Shown piece after piece: positions 1 to 8,090 of a stretch of 64,000 nucleotides of DNA. The translations under genes were made by a program, and so were the position numbers. This DNA comes from an uncultured Planctomycetaceae bacterium (GTDB lineage Bacteria; Planctomycetota; UBA8742; UBA2392; JABWBM01). Position 1 is the first letter of the stretch; every line of letters begins with the position of its first letter. The stretch lies in NCBI GenBank assembly GCA_964548115.1, contig CAZJPQ010000016.1, positions 4,591 to 68,590 of the forward strand. Direction: 5' to 3'. A model generated the notes under the pieces. The model was not told the origin of the DNA, did no database searches, and saw only the letters and a list, made by a program, of their open reading frames with translations.

Positions 1-507
1 TTGCTGTTCTTTCGCTGAAAGTTTACTTGATTCCTGGTTGGCGAGTTCAAGGAAAGCCTCAAAGTCTACAAGGCTTTCAGTGAAACCTGAAAGTTGCGAA
101 CGGTCGTTGAGCCATTGTTCTTTGGCTGCATCAAAACGTGCTTGAGTCTTATGATAGAGGGCTTCAAGCTCTTGAAGCGATTCAGAGTGCTGAGCAGCTT
201 GCTTTAACTGAGCATGCCTTTGAATCACCGAGTTATTGTTTAGAGTACTCTTACGCTGTGGCTGAAAAGGCTTTTGCTCTGATTGCTGCTCAGAATCCCT
301 CTCTGTAGCAAGAGCTTTGACATCTTCACCCCAAACACGCAGGATTTCCTGACGTTCTTCGTGACTTAACTTTTGAAGATTTACATCTTCCTGATAAAGA
401 AAATGCGCCAGGCCTCCGTCAGTGAAATAGAGATAAGCAGAGGCAGCGGATAGCCCAAAACCAAGAAGTCCAATCAGGATCAGGAGAAAGCTTCTGTTGT
501 TATCCAT
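1..507 (-). CDS. Hypothetical secreted or membrane protein. N-terminal part only; the gene runs off the window edge.
   Basis: Minus-strand ATG at 507-505 preceded by AGGAGAAGAATAA. Translation MDNNRSFLLILIGLLGFGLSAASAYLYF... has a hydrophobic N-terminal helix followed by a Gln/Glu-rich region. Open to position 1. Not in the ORF track because it is truncated. Confidence 0.45.
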   Translation of the reverse strand, partial: MDNNRSFLLILIGLLGFGLSAASAYLYFTDGGLAHFLYQEDVNLQKLSHEERQEILRVWGEDVKALATERDSEQQSEQKPFQPQRKSTLNNNSVIQRHAQLKQAAQHSESLQELEALYHKTQARFDAAKEQWLNDRSQLSGFTESLVDFEAFLELANQESSKLSAKEQQ

Positions 508-909
508 TTATTCTTCTCCTGATTTTTGATGGGAGGGCCGACCTTTTATTTCAGAGATAAATTGAAGCTGCTTTAGCTTCTTCTCATACTTGCGAGCAAC
601 ACCCCTTCCAGCGACCATAGCGGCAAGGTTGGCTTTCTGTTGTTCTTGCAGTTTTGGAGGCAGGGTTGCAAACTCTTCGCGGTATTTGAAATAAGCTTTT
701 AATTGTGCTCCACGAGAATAAAAGAGGTAGCCAGCTCCAAGAGGAAGCAATAAGCCTGATAAAACAAAGCAGAAACCAAGGACTTGAAAAAAGAATTTCA
801 CGCGATCTCCTACCTTCTTCTCTAATAAAATATGCAAGGTTCTTAAGGCATGAAAATGAAAAGCATGCCCCGAAGCGGGCCTCCTCATTTCTATAACCTG
901 ATCGTTCAT
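508..909 (-). CDS. Hypothetical small membrane protein (133 aa)
   Basis: ORF whose stop overlaps the RBS of the downstream partial gene. One predicted TM helix (FFFQVLGFCFVLSGLLLPLGAGYLF). No recognisable motif. Confidence 0.3.
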   Translation of the reverse strand: MNDQVIEMRRPASGHAFHFHALRTLHILLEKKVGDRVKFFFQVLGFCFVLSGLLLPLGAGYLFYSRGAQLKAYFKYREEFATLPPKLQEQQKANLAAMVAGRGVARKYEKKLKQLQFISEIKGRPSHQKSGEE

Positions 910-1444
910 CCTATCAATAAGTTGTCAGGAAAGCAAAAAGGCATTCGCAGGGGAAAGTCGAGAAGTATGTTATCGGTATTGTTGTATTTCTATGCATAAG
1001 GTTTGGAGACTGATGTGAAGGTGGAGTAGTCACTTCAAAATGACTCTTTAATACTCCCTTAATTAAGGAAGAGCAATTTTGTAATAGGGGGTTTAGGAGA
1101 TGAAAATAAAAGTACCAATTTTTGAACAGGGGCAAACAAAGTTTAAAAATTGCTTTTTTATGAAGAAGAATATTCGGAAATCAGAGGCTTTTCGAAGAAT
1201 AATTTTCAGAAGAAAGGATTATTTTCTTGAGGAATCTCAAAAAATTTGGTTAAGATCCAAGCTGTGCAATCTTGAGTGGACGATTTTTACGTGTCCAGAT
1301 TGTTTGTGTTTGCTCGACCTTATTTTATGAGATTTTTTAGCTAAAAATAGCTTTTATGTAATCGTACACTTTTTATATTGTTTTTGGTTTTAGTATGTGT
1401 TTTGGACATTTTTTTGGTGCAAGCCTGGAGGCTCGAAAGTCGTT

Positions 1445-4400
1445 ATGGTAAAGAAAAGATTCAGTAGCTTGGTCTTAGCGCTTTTTGCAGGATCCCTGTT
1501 TGGAACAGGGAGTCTTTTTGCTGCAAATGGTTCTTATGATCACAATGGAACAGGGGATCAAGATTGGGTAAGTGGTGGAACAAACGGTGATGATGACTGG
1601 AGTGGGGCAGAGCATCCTGGCTTTGCTGCTGCTGAGACAGCCACCTTTGATGGTTCAGATACTGTCACTGGAGCCGTTAACGTTGCCGCAGCCCCAGCAA
1701 ATGCCGTAACCATTGAAGTCAATAATGGCGATGCTGTTATTGATCTTGCCGATGGTGTCGACTTGCTTGTAACTGATCTTACCTACACAACAGCAAACTC
1801 AATTTCTTTCACCAACACCGCGGGTGGTGGTGCAAGTGTAACGCTCTCAGGACTTACAAACCCTGGAGCAGCTGGAACATTGGTCATTGGTGCCAACGTG
1901 ACACTGAATGTGAACGGTGCTGCTGACTTCACTGGTTTTGGAACCGTTACCAACAACGGTATCATTGCCTTTGATTCAACTGGAGGAACTTTTACAGCCA
2001 GTGGAGTTGCAAACTTGAATGGTGTCATTACTTCAAACGCTGCTGGAAATGATATCAACCTTTCAGGAAATTTAAGTGCAGCTTCTCTAAGTGTCACTGG
2101 TTCAAATACGACTGCGGTAACGCTTGATCTTGTTCTCAGTGGTAATTTAAGTGTTACAGATTCACTCTTTGCGACCGGTGGCAATGCCGACGTTGATGGT
2201 GATTTGAGCGTTTCTTCTTCAGCTGCTGGAAATACCACTCGTTGTGACATCTCTGGAAACCTTGATGTTGATGGCAGCACAACTCTGAGCGCTGATACCT
2301 TGGATGCCACAATTGATGTTAATGGAACCGCTGGTTTTGATGCCATCACCTTGAACGCTGGTGCTAATGCAGGTACAACGACTCTTGATGTTGCGACCAC
2401 AACGCTTTTCCGTGAAGCTACGAATATTGTCAACGGTGACACGGTAACCTTGACTGGTGATGTCACCTTTGAAGGTGCTGCTACTCAAAGCGTTGATGCT
2501 GGAGACAAACTCGCAGGCAATGTCATCATTGATGGCAACCAGGTTGTTACATTCTCAACCGCAACAACTCTCGGTGGAAACATCACAGTCAACGATGGAG
2601 CTTCTGTTGCCTTCGGTGACACCATTAGTTTTGGTGCAGATGTTAATGTCGGAGATGGTTCTACCTTAAGCGCAAGTGCAGCAGCAACTCTTGCTGGTGC
2701 CGGAACCTTCCGTGTCGATGATGAAGTTGCTTCTGTTAACTTTGCATCAACCCTTGATATCGACGGAGCCACTGTCTTTGATAACGTTAACAGCGATGCT
2801 TCTGCCAGCCCAACGGCTGGTGTGATTAACGTTGTGGGACAGCTTAATATTGGTGCAGATGTCAGTGATAACAACGGTGCAGGTCTTGATGGTGCTGCTA
2901 ACATTGTGCTTGGCGCAGATCTTTCCTTTGATGATGTCGCTGGCTTGGCTTTCTCCTTAGACGAGAGCGCCCTTGACTTCACAGGCTCAGCTGCTCAGCA
3001 GGTTGTTGCAGCTGGAACCACAAATTTTGATACCGCAAGCATTAATCTTGGAGATGTTCTTGCCGGCCAAAGTGTAACCCTTGCTGGTTTTGATCAAGCA
3101 ACTACCAGTTTTGTTCTGGCGGGTCTTGAGATCTCTGATACCTTCACTTTTGACTCCGCTACCTTTGATTTGACCTTTACCAGCGATATTGAGACAAATG
3201 CTTCTGGTGTTTTTGCTCAGACTGGATTGACCGCTGGAACTGATGGTAACCTTACCTTTGATTCCACAAATGGAAACTGGATGATCAGTGGAACCGCTGC
3301 AACTTTTGCTGGTGATGTTACCGTTCAGGGTGCAAATCGAGTTGAAATTGCAATCGGCAGCACAGCAACTTTCACAGGTGACATTACGGTGAACGCAGGT
3401 GCTTTTGGTTCTGATGAAGATGGCAATGATACTCAAAATGCTCGTGCGGGTGCTGATGCTACTGATGGACAGCTTGCTACTTTAAACCTTAATGGTGATC
3501 TTACGGTTGGAGTTGCTGGTGGTCTTTTAATCGGTGAAGGAACGCTTAATATTGGAGCTGACCTTGATCTATCTGGTGTTGATAGTGCCATTGCTTTCCC
3601 AGAATCAACCCTTGGTGGTGGCGATTCGAATGATAGTGATTCTGTTATCAATCTTACTGGAACAACAGCTGTTGCTGGTGTAACCCAAACTCTTGCCTTT
3701 AGTGCTAACGGTTCAATTTTTGTTGTCGATAGTGTTGTTGCAGCAAGCTCAATTCGTCAAACAGGTTTAATGCTTCTCGTTGGTGATCTTAATCTTTCAG
3801 CATCAACCGCAACAACAGTTTGGGACGGCTCTGATGACAGTGCTGGTGCTGCTGAGGGTGTTCAATTAGGCCTTAATCTTTTCGGTGAAAGTGACAGCGC
3901 AACCGAAGAGGCAGCCATGGTTACAACTGGTAATGGTAATGTTGTCTTCGCAGCAGTAAATGCTGTTGCTGTAGACAATGGAAGCACTGACGAATTTACT
4001 GTTACGGCATTTACCCGCAGCGCAAGTACAACAGGAACCTACACCTTTGCAAGTTTAACCCTTGAAGGTGACCCAACAGATGATAATGCTGGTGATGATA
4101 TAAATTCACCAACCGTTGTGATCTCTGGTGCAGAATTGACTGTAAGTGGAACCGTTACTGTTAACGCTGGCAACAATGATGATCGTGGTGCTACGTTCGA
4201 AGTTGAAAATGCAACTTTGACGCTTGCAGACTTAACACTTCCTGCTGCTGGTGCTGGCGCAAACTTTGCCAATCTTGAAATTGATGGTTCAACAGTTACA
4301 TTCAGTGATGGTGCGACCCTTAGTGTTGGTGCTAACAACAACCTTGAAATCAGCGCATCTACACTTACCTCTTCTGGTAGTGATGCCTACACCGTTACGG

Positions 4401-6130
4401 TTGATCCAGCTCTAATAAGTGGAGAGGTTCTTGATAGTACCGTAAGTGCTGGTGCTGCTGATGGTCTTACAGTTACTCTTGGTGGTGCAGATCTGGAAGT
4501 TATCAATACAGACTTTTCAAACTATGATGCCGCAGGTGTGAATTTTGCTGCGACAACGACTCTTACCACTTTCAATGATAACACCTTTACTGGTGGTCAG
4601 GCTGCAGGAACTCACTTGACCTTTAATGGTCTTGGAAATGCAACCTACCTGAACGCTGATGCCAACTTCTTTGATGATTCTGTTGACACTGCTAACGGTG
4701 GTGGTGGCGGTGCAGGTACTCTTGCAAGTGCCGCTGCAGGAGCCAACAGGTTGAATTTCCGTGCAGGCTCAGCTGGCTTTGGGACAACCGGTGTGACTTT
4801 CTCTGCTGCTAACGCTGAAAGTTTTGATGATGATGGCGATGGTGCTGGAGGTACTGGTGTTGATGGTGACATCACTTGGGATGACAGCGCTTCAACGCTC
4901 ACCGTTGCTCTTACTTCAACGACCCCAACAAGCTTAGTTGCGAACCAGGCCAATACGGGTTCGACCAAGCAAACCATAGCTTTGTTTGATGTAAGCGCAG
5001 CAGGAGCTGATATTGATGTGACAGGTTTTAACGTGACTCTTGATGGGGAAGACCTCACCGCTGGAGACATTACTTCAGGGACAGCCGGTGACATTGTTCT
5101 TTTTGTTGACACAAACACCGATGGTATTTTTGATGCAGGTGAAGAAATCGACGATGATCCTGGTGCAACCATCGCAGCTGGTGCAAATACAACCGTAAAC
5201 TTTGCGCCTGCCGCTGCCCAAACAGTGACTGATGGAACAACTCAAGTTTTTGGAGTTGCTCTTCTTACAACTGCAGCAGCTGTTGGTACGATCACGGTAG
5301 AGGTTGATGTTAATGCTGTTACGACAGCAGGTACAGAAATTATTTCTGGTCTTCCTGTCGAGCAGGATGTTACGGTTACTCAGCCTGCAGCTGATTTGAC
5401 TGTAAGTACTGTTGCTGCTGTGAACGCTGCTGGAAACTTGGGCGGTGCCCTTGATGGTAAGCAAGTGCTTCTGGCTCTTGATATCGCAAACAGTGGAACG
5501 GGGAATGCAACATTAAGTCAGCTTCAACTTCAACTTGATGCTGATTGGGTTGATACCGCAGCTTTTGATGCAAATGATGCCTTTGATGCTATTACTGCTT
5601 TTGTTGACGGAACTGCCGCTGCTGCCACAAATGATGGTGATGACACCTTGAGCGCAGATGGTACTGATGACGAGCAACTTGGAACGGTTGCCAGTGGAAG
5701 CATCACAATTGATGCGGGCACAGGCAACAGTGCAGGTGGTGATGAAACAGTAACGGTAACATTAGCCTTTGGAACAAATAACCTTGTGGTTAATATTGGT
5801 GTTACAAAGCGCATTTATTTCATCGTTGATGTAACCGCAACTTCTGCTGATTTCACGGCTGCTCGTACTCGTCAGCTTGACCTTGCACTTAGCTTGCAAG
5901 ACAGTGCAACCATTACGACAACAAATGCTGGAGACGTTATTCAGGCGTTGGCAAGTGCTGTTCAGGGTCGTCTCTTAGTGTTCCGCCTTCCAAGCAGTGA
6001 TGACGATGATGATAGTAGCTGTTCGTTGGTTCAAGGAACTTCTGGAAATGGTGCTATCTTCCTCTGGGCTATGCTTGGAGTTCTTGGTCTGGTAGTCGTA
6101 TCTTCCCGCTTTGTATCTTTAAAGCGTTAA
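1445..6130 (+). CDS. Giant secreted Thr/Gly/Ala/Asn/Asp-rich beta-helical repeat protein (adhesin or S-layer-like, 1561 aa) with a C-terminal sorting-like tail
   Basis: Start taken at the ATG (MVKKRFSSLVLALFAGSLFGTGSLFA, a signal peptide) 13 nt after a GGAGG. Hundreds of short degenerate T/G/A/N/D-rich beta-strand repeats (TLSGNLDVDG, TVTGDVTFEG and similar), typical of parallel beta-helix or autotransporter-like passengers. C-terminus: DDDDDSSCSLVQGTSGNG-AIFLWAMLGVLGLVVV-SSRFVSLKR (acidic, Cys, Gly, TM helix, basic tail). Confidence 0.8.
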   Translation: MVKKRFSSLVLALFAGSLFGTGSLFAANGSYDHNGTGDQDWVSGGTNGDDDWSGAEHPGFAAAETATFDGSDTVTGAVNVAAAPANAVTIEVNNGDAVIDLADGVDLLVTDLTYTTANSISFTNTAGGGASVTLSGLTNPGAAGTLVIGANVTLNVNGAADFTGFGTVTNNGIIAFDSTGGTFTASGVANLNGVITSNAAGNDINLSGNLSAASLSVTGSNTTAVTLDLVLSGNLSVTDSLFATGGNADVDGDLSVSSSAAGNTTRCDISGNLDVDGSTTLSADTLDATIDVNGTAGFDAITLNAGANAGTTTLDVATTTLFREATNIVNGDTVTLTGDVTFEGAATQSVDAGDKLAGNVIIDGNQVVTFSTATTLGGNITVNDGASVAFGDTISFGADVNVGDGSTLSASAAATLAGAGTFRVDDEVASVNFASTLDIDGATVFDNVNSDASASPTAGVINVVGQLNIGADVSDNNGAGLDGAANIVLGADLSFDDVAGLAFSLDESALDFTGSAAQQVVAAGTTNFDTASINLGDVLAGQSVTLAGFDQATTSFVLAGLEISDTFTFDSATFDLTFTSDIETNASGVFAQTGLTAGTDGNLTFDSTNGNWMISGTAATFAGDVTVQGANRVEIAIGSTATFTGDITVNAGAFGSDEDGNDTQNARAGADATDGQLATLNLNGDLTVGVAGGLLIGEGTLNIGADLDLSGVDSAIAFPESTLGGGDSNDSDSVINLTGTTAVAGVTQTLAFSANGSIFVVDSVVAASSIRQTGLMLLVGDLNLSASTATTVWDGSDDSAGAAEGVQLGLNLFGESDSATEEAAMVTTGNGNVVFAAVNAVAVDNGSTDEFTVTAFTRSASTTGTYTFASLTLEGDPTDDNAGDDINSPTVVISGAELTVSGTVTVNAGNNDDRGATFEVENATLTLADLTLPAAGAGANFANLEIDGSTVTFSDGATLSVGANNNLEISASTLTSSGSDAYTVTVDPALISGEVLDSTVSAGAADGLTVTLGGADLEVINTDFSNYDAAGVNFAATTTLTTFNDNTFTGGQAAGTHLTFNGLGNATYLNADANFFDDSVDTANGGGGGAGTLASAAAGANRLNFRAGSAGFGTTGVTFSAANAESFDDDGDGAGGTGVDGDITWDDSASTLTVALTSTTPTSLVANQANTGSTKQTIALFDVSAAGADIDVTGFNVTLDGEDLTAGDITSGTAGDIVLFVDTNTDGIFDAGEEIDDDPGATIAAGANTTVNFAPAAAQTVTDGTTQVFGVALLTTAAAVGTITVEVDVNAVTTAGTEIISGLPVEQDVTVTQPAADLTVSTVAAVNAAGNLGGALDGKQVLLALDIANSGTGNATLSQLQLQLDADWVDTAAFDANDAFDAITAFVDGTAAAATNDGDDTLSADGTDDEQLGTVASGSITIDAGTGNSAGGDETVTVTLAFGTNNLVVNIGVTKRIYFIVDVTATSADFTAARTRQLDLALSLQDSATITTTNAGDVIQALASAVQGRLLVFRLPSSDDDDDSSCSLVQGTSGNGAIFLWAMLGVLGLVVVSSRFVSLKR

Positions 6131-6163
6131 GTTGAGATTACTATAGGCTAAGACCTATTTTTA

Positions 6164-6205
6164 TAAGAAGAGGGAAGGGCGTCTTTTGGCGCTCTTCTTT
6201 CTTAA
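6164..6205 (+). terminator. Putative intrinsic terminator after the giant repeat gene
   Basis: Imperfect inverted repeat AAGAAGAGGGAAGGGCG...CGCTCTTCTT followed by TTTCTT, 35 nt after the stop. Confidence 0.35.
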
Positions 6206-6254
6206 TAGAGAATTTTTAAATATGAAGTTTAGAATATTAAAGGAGAACTCAGAT

Positions 6255-6746
6255 ATGGATGGTAAGGAATTTCATGTTGCAGTATTAATGGGATCAACTT
6301 CTGATTGGGAAACGATGAAGCATTGCAGTGAGATGCTTCAAAAATTTGAAGTTCCCCATGAGTGTAAGGCTCTATCAGCTCACCGACAGCCTGAGCAGCT
6401 CCATGCTTATATTAAAGCTGCGGAGGCTGCAGGTGTTCGGGTTTTCATCGGAGCTGCTGGTGGAGCGGCACACCTTCCGGGAGTTATTGCCAGTTCGACA
6501 GCAAACCCTGTGCTTGGAGTTCCCATGAAAGGCTGGGCTACTGAAGGCATGGATGCTCTTCTCTCTATTGCTCAGATGCCAACAGGAGTGCCTGTGGGAA
6601 GTCTTGCTATTGGAAAGGCTGGAGCAAAGAATGCAGCTATTCTTGCAACTCAAATTTTGGGGCTTTGGAACCCAAAGTATGCCCAAGCCATTCAAGATTT
6701 TCGAAAAGCTCAAAGTGAACAAAAGCATGAGCTTCCAACTTCCTAA
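6255..6746 (+). CDS. purE: N5-carboxyaminoimidazole ribonucleotide mutase (PurE)
   Basis: VAVLMGSTSDWETM...ALSAHRQPEQL...IGAAGGAAHLPGVIAS...PVLGVPMKG...MPTGVPVGSLAIGKAGAKNAAILA matches the PurE signature along its whole length. Start moved to the ATG 8 nt after AGGAGA. The upstream part of the listed ORF is non-coding leader. Confidence 0.88.
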   Translation: MDGKEFHVAVLMGSTSDWETMKHCSEMLQKFEVPHECKALSAHRQPEQLHAYIKAAEAAGVRVFIGAAGGAAHLPGVIASSTANPVLGVPMKGWATEGMDALLSIAQMPTGVPVGSLAIGKAGAKNAAILATQILGLWNPKYAQAIQDFRKAQSEQKHELPTS

Positions 6747-6837
6747 ATAAGGTAGTCTTTGCCTTTTTATCGAGTTTTATTTTTAAGGGAGTGAGCCCTC
6801 TCTTGTTTTCATGATAAGAAAGCAGCTTTGCATCAGG

Positions 6838-7015
6838 AGTTTATAGTGGCGCGAGCATCTCTCCGAAGATGAGAGTCGTGAAGTGGAAAATAAATAGGCT
6901 TTCGACAACCTTTGTCGAAAGTCTATTTGTGGTTTAGGGCGGTTGAATCGTATTTTACTTAAGCCCAATAATCGTGCTAGTCCTGGAGTTGCGAAGGTTT
7001 AAGAGGGCGAGCTAA
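6838..7015 (+). promoter_or_regulatory. Structured 5' leader of dapA, a candidate lysine riboswitch (L-box-like)
   Basis: About 180-nt leader with AGTGGCGCGAGC (compare L-box AGAGGUGCGAAC), the perfect hairpin CTTTCGACAA-CC-TTTGTCGAAAG, GGTTGAAT...TAAGCC, CCTGGAGTTGCGAAGG (compare GGAG..GCCGAAG) and a terminal AGAGGGCGAGC. It sits directly 5' of a lysine-pathway gene. Similarity was judged by eye only. Confidence 0.3.
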
Positions 7016-7159
7016 GGCTTCTTGATTTCTTCACGTCCGAATAAGTCTGTTTTCGTTTCTCTTTATTCTTTCTCACTTTTTTGAATAGTTGTAACATGGA
7101 CTTTTTGGCACAAGATATTTCTTTTTGTTTAAAGAAATCGCAATAAAAGAGGAGTTAAA

Positions 7160-8041
7160 ATGAGTAATTTCTTTTCGGGAGTTTGGACCGCTTTAGCAAC
7201 TCCTTTCCAAAATGGTTCAGTTGATCAAAATGCTTTTCAACGTTTGATTGAGTCTCAAATTAGGGGGAAGATCAGTGGCCTTGTTGTGTGTGGCACAACG
7301 GGTGAGTCGGCGACCCTCACACGCGAAGAACGTCTTGATCTCATTGAGCAATGCGTTTCTTTTGCCCAAGGTCGTATTCCTGTGATGGCTGGAACAGGTT
7401 CTCCTTCAACAGCTGAAAGTATTGCTTTTACGCAAGAAGCATGCAAAAGAGGTGTTGACTCTTGTTTAGTCGTTACGCCTGCTTATAACAAACCTTCTCA
7501 GGCAGGTATGGTTGAGCATTTTGTCAAAATTGCCGATGCCAGTTCTGTTCCTGTCATGCTTTATAATGTCCCTGGCCGTACCGCTTCAAACTTGCTGCCT
7601 GAGAGCGTTCAGGCAATTGTTCGCCGTAACGACCAAGTCAAGGGAATTAAAGAGGCTTCAGGAGATCTTGAACAAATGACTCTCATAAAAAGAGTCGCTC
7701 CAGATATCAGTGTTCTTTCAGGAGATGACGCACTCTTTCTTCCAGCTTTAGCCATTGGAGCATCTGGTGTTGTTTCAGTTGCAAGTAATGCTGCGCCTAA
7801 GCTCCTTGTTGACTTAATGCAAGCTTTTCAAGATAAAGATTTGCCGGAAGCGCAAGCGCTTCATCAAAAGCTACTACCTTTGGTTGAGCTGCTTTTTGCT
7901 GAGTCAAATCCAACTCCTGTGAAATATGCTCTTATGCGAATGGGAATAGGAGATGGAAGCATACGTTTGCCTTTGCTTCAAGCTTCAACAGAACTTGCTG
8001 AGAAGCTTGAGGGCAAATTGATTGAACTTGGAGTTTTATAG
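7160..8041 (+). CDS. dapA: 4-hydroxy-tetrahydrodipicolinate synthase (DapA)
   Basis: GTTGESATLTREER, PVMAGTGSPSTAESI, VVTPAYNKPSQ, LYNVPGRT and SGDD motifs of the DapA / class I aldolase family. RBS AAGAGGAG. Confidence 0.9.
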   Translation: MSNFFSGVWTALATPFQNGSVDQNAFQRLIESQIRGKISGLVVCGTTGESATLTREERLDLIEQCVSFAQGRIPVMAGTGSPSTAESIAFTQEACKRGVDSCLVVTPAYNKPSQAGMVEHFVKIADASSVPVMLYNVPGRTASNLLPESVQAIVRRNDQVKGIKEASGDLEQMTLIKRVAPDISVLSGDDALFLPALAIGASGVVSVASNAAPKLLVDLMQAFQDKDLPEAQALHQKLLPLVELLFAESNPTPVKYALMRMGIGDGSIRLPLLQASTELAEKLEGKLIELGVL

Positions 8042-8090
8042 GAAGTAACGGTTTTAACACCTGTGGATCGTTTTCTTATGGAGAAGCTTT

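Noticed and set aside
1783-5814. Numerous long antisense ORFs (up to 227 aa) inside the giant beta-helical gene, and likewise inside the FG-GAP gene (29837-31890)
   Set aside because: They are embedded in a continuous 1561-aa ORF with strong repeat structure. Thr/Ala/Gly/Val-rich codons (ACC, GCT, GGT, GTT) have stop-free reverse complements, so long antisense frames arise by composition. They have no RBS and no independent motifs.
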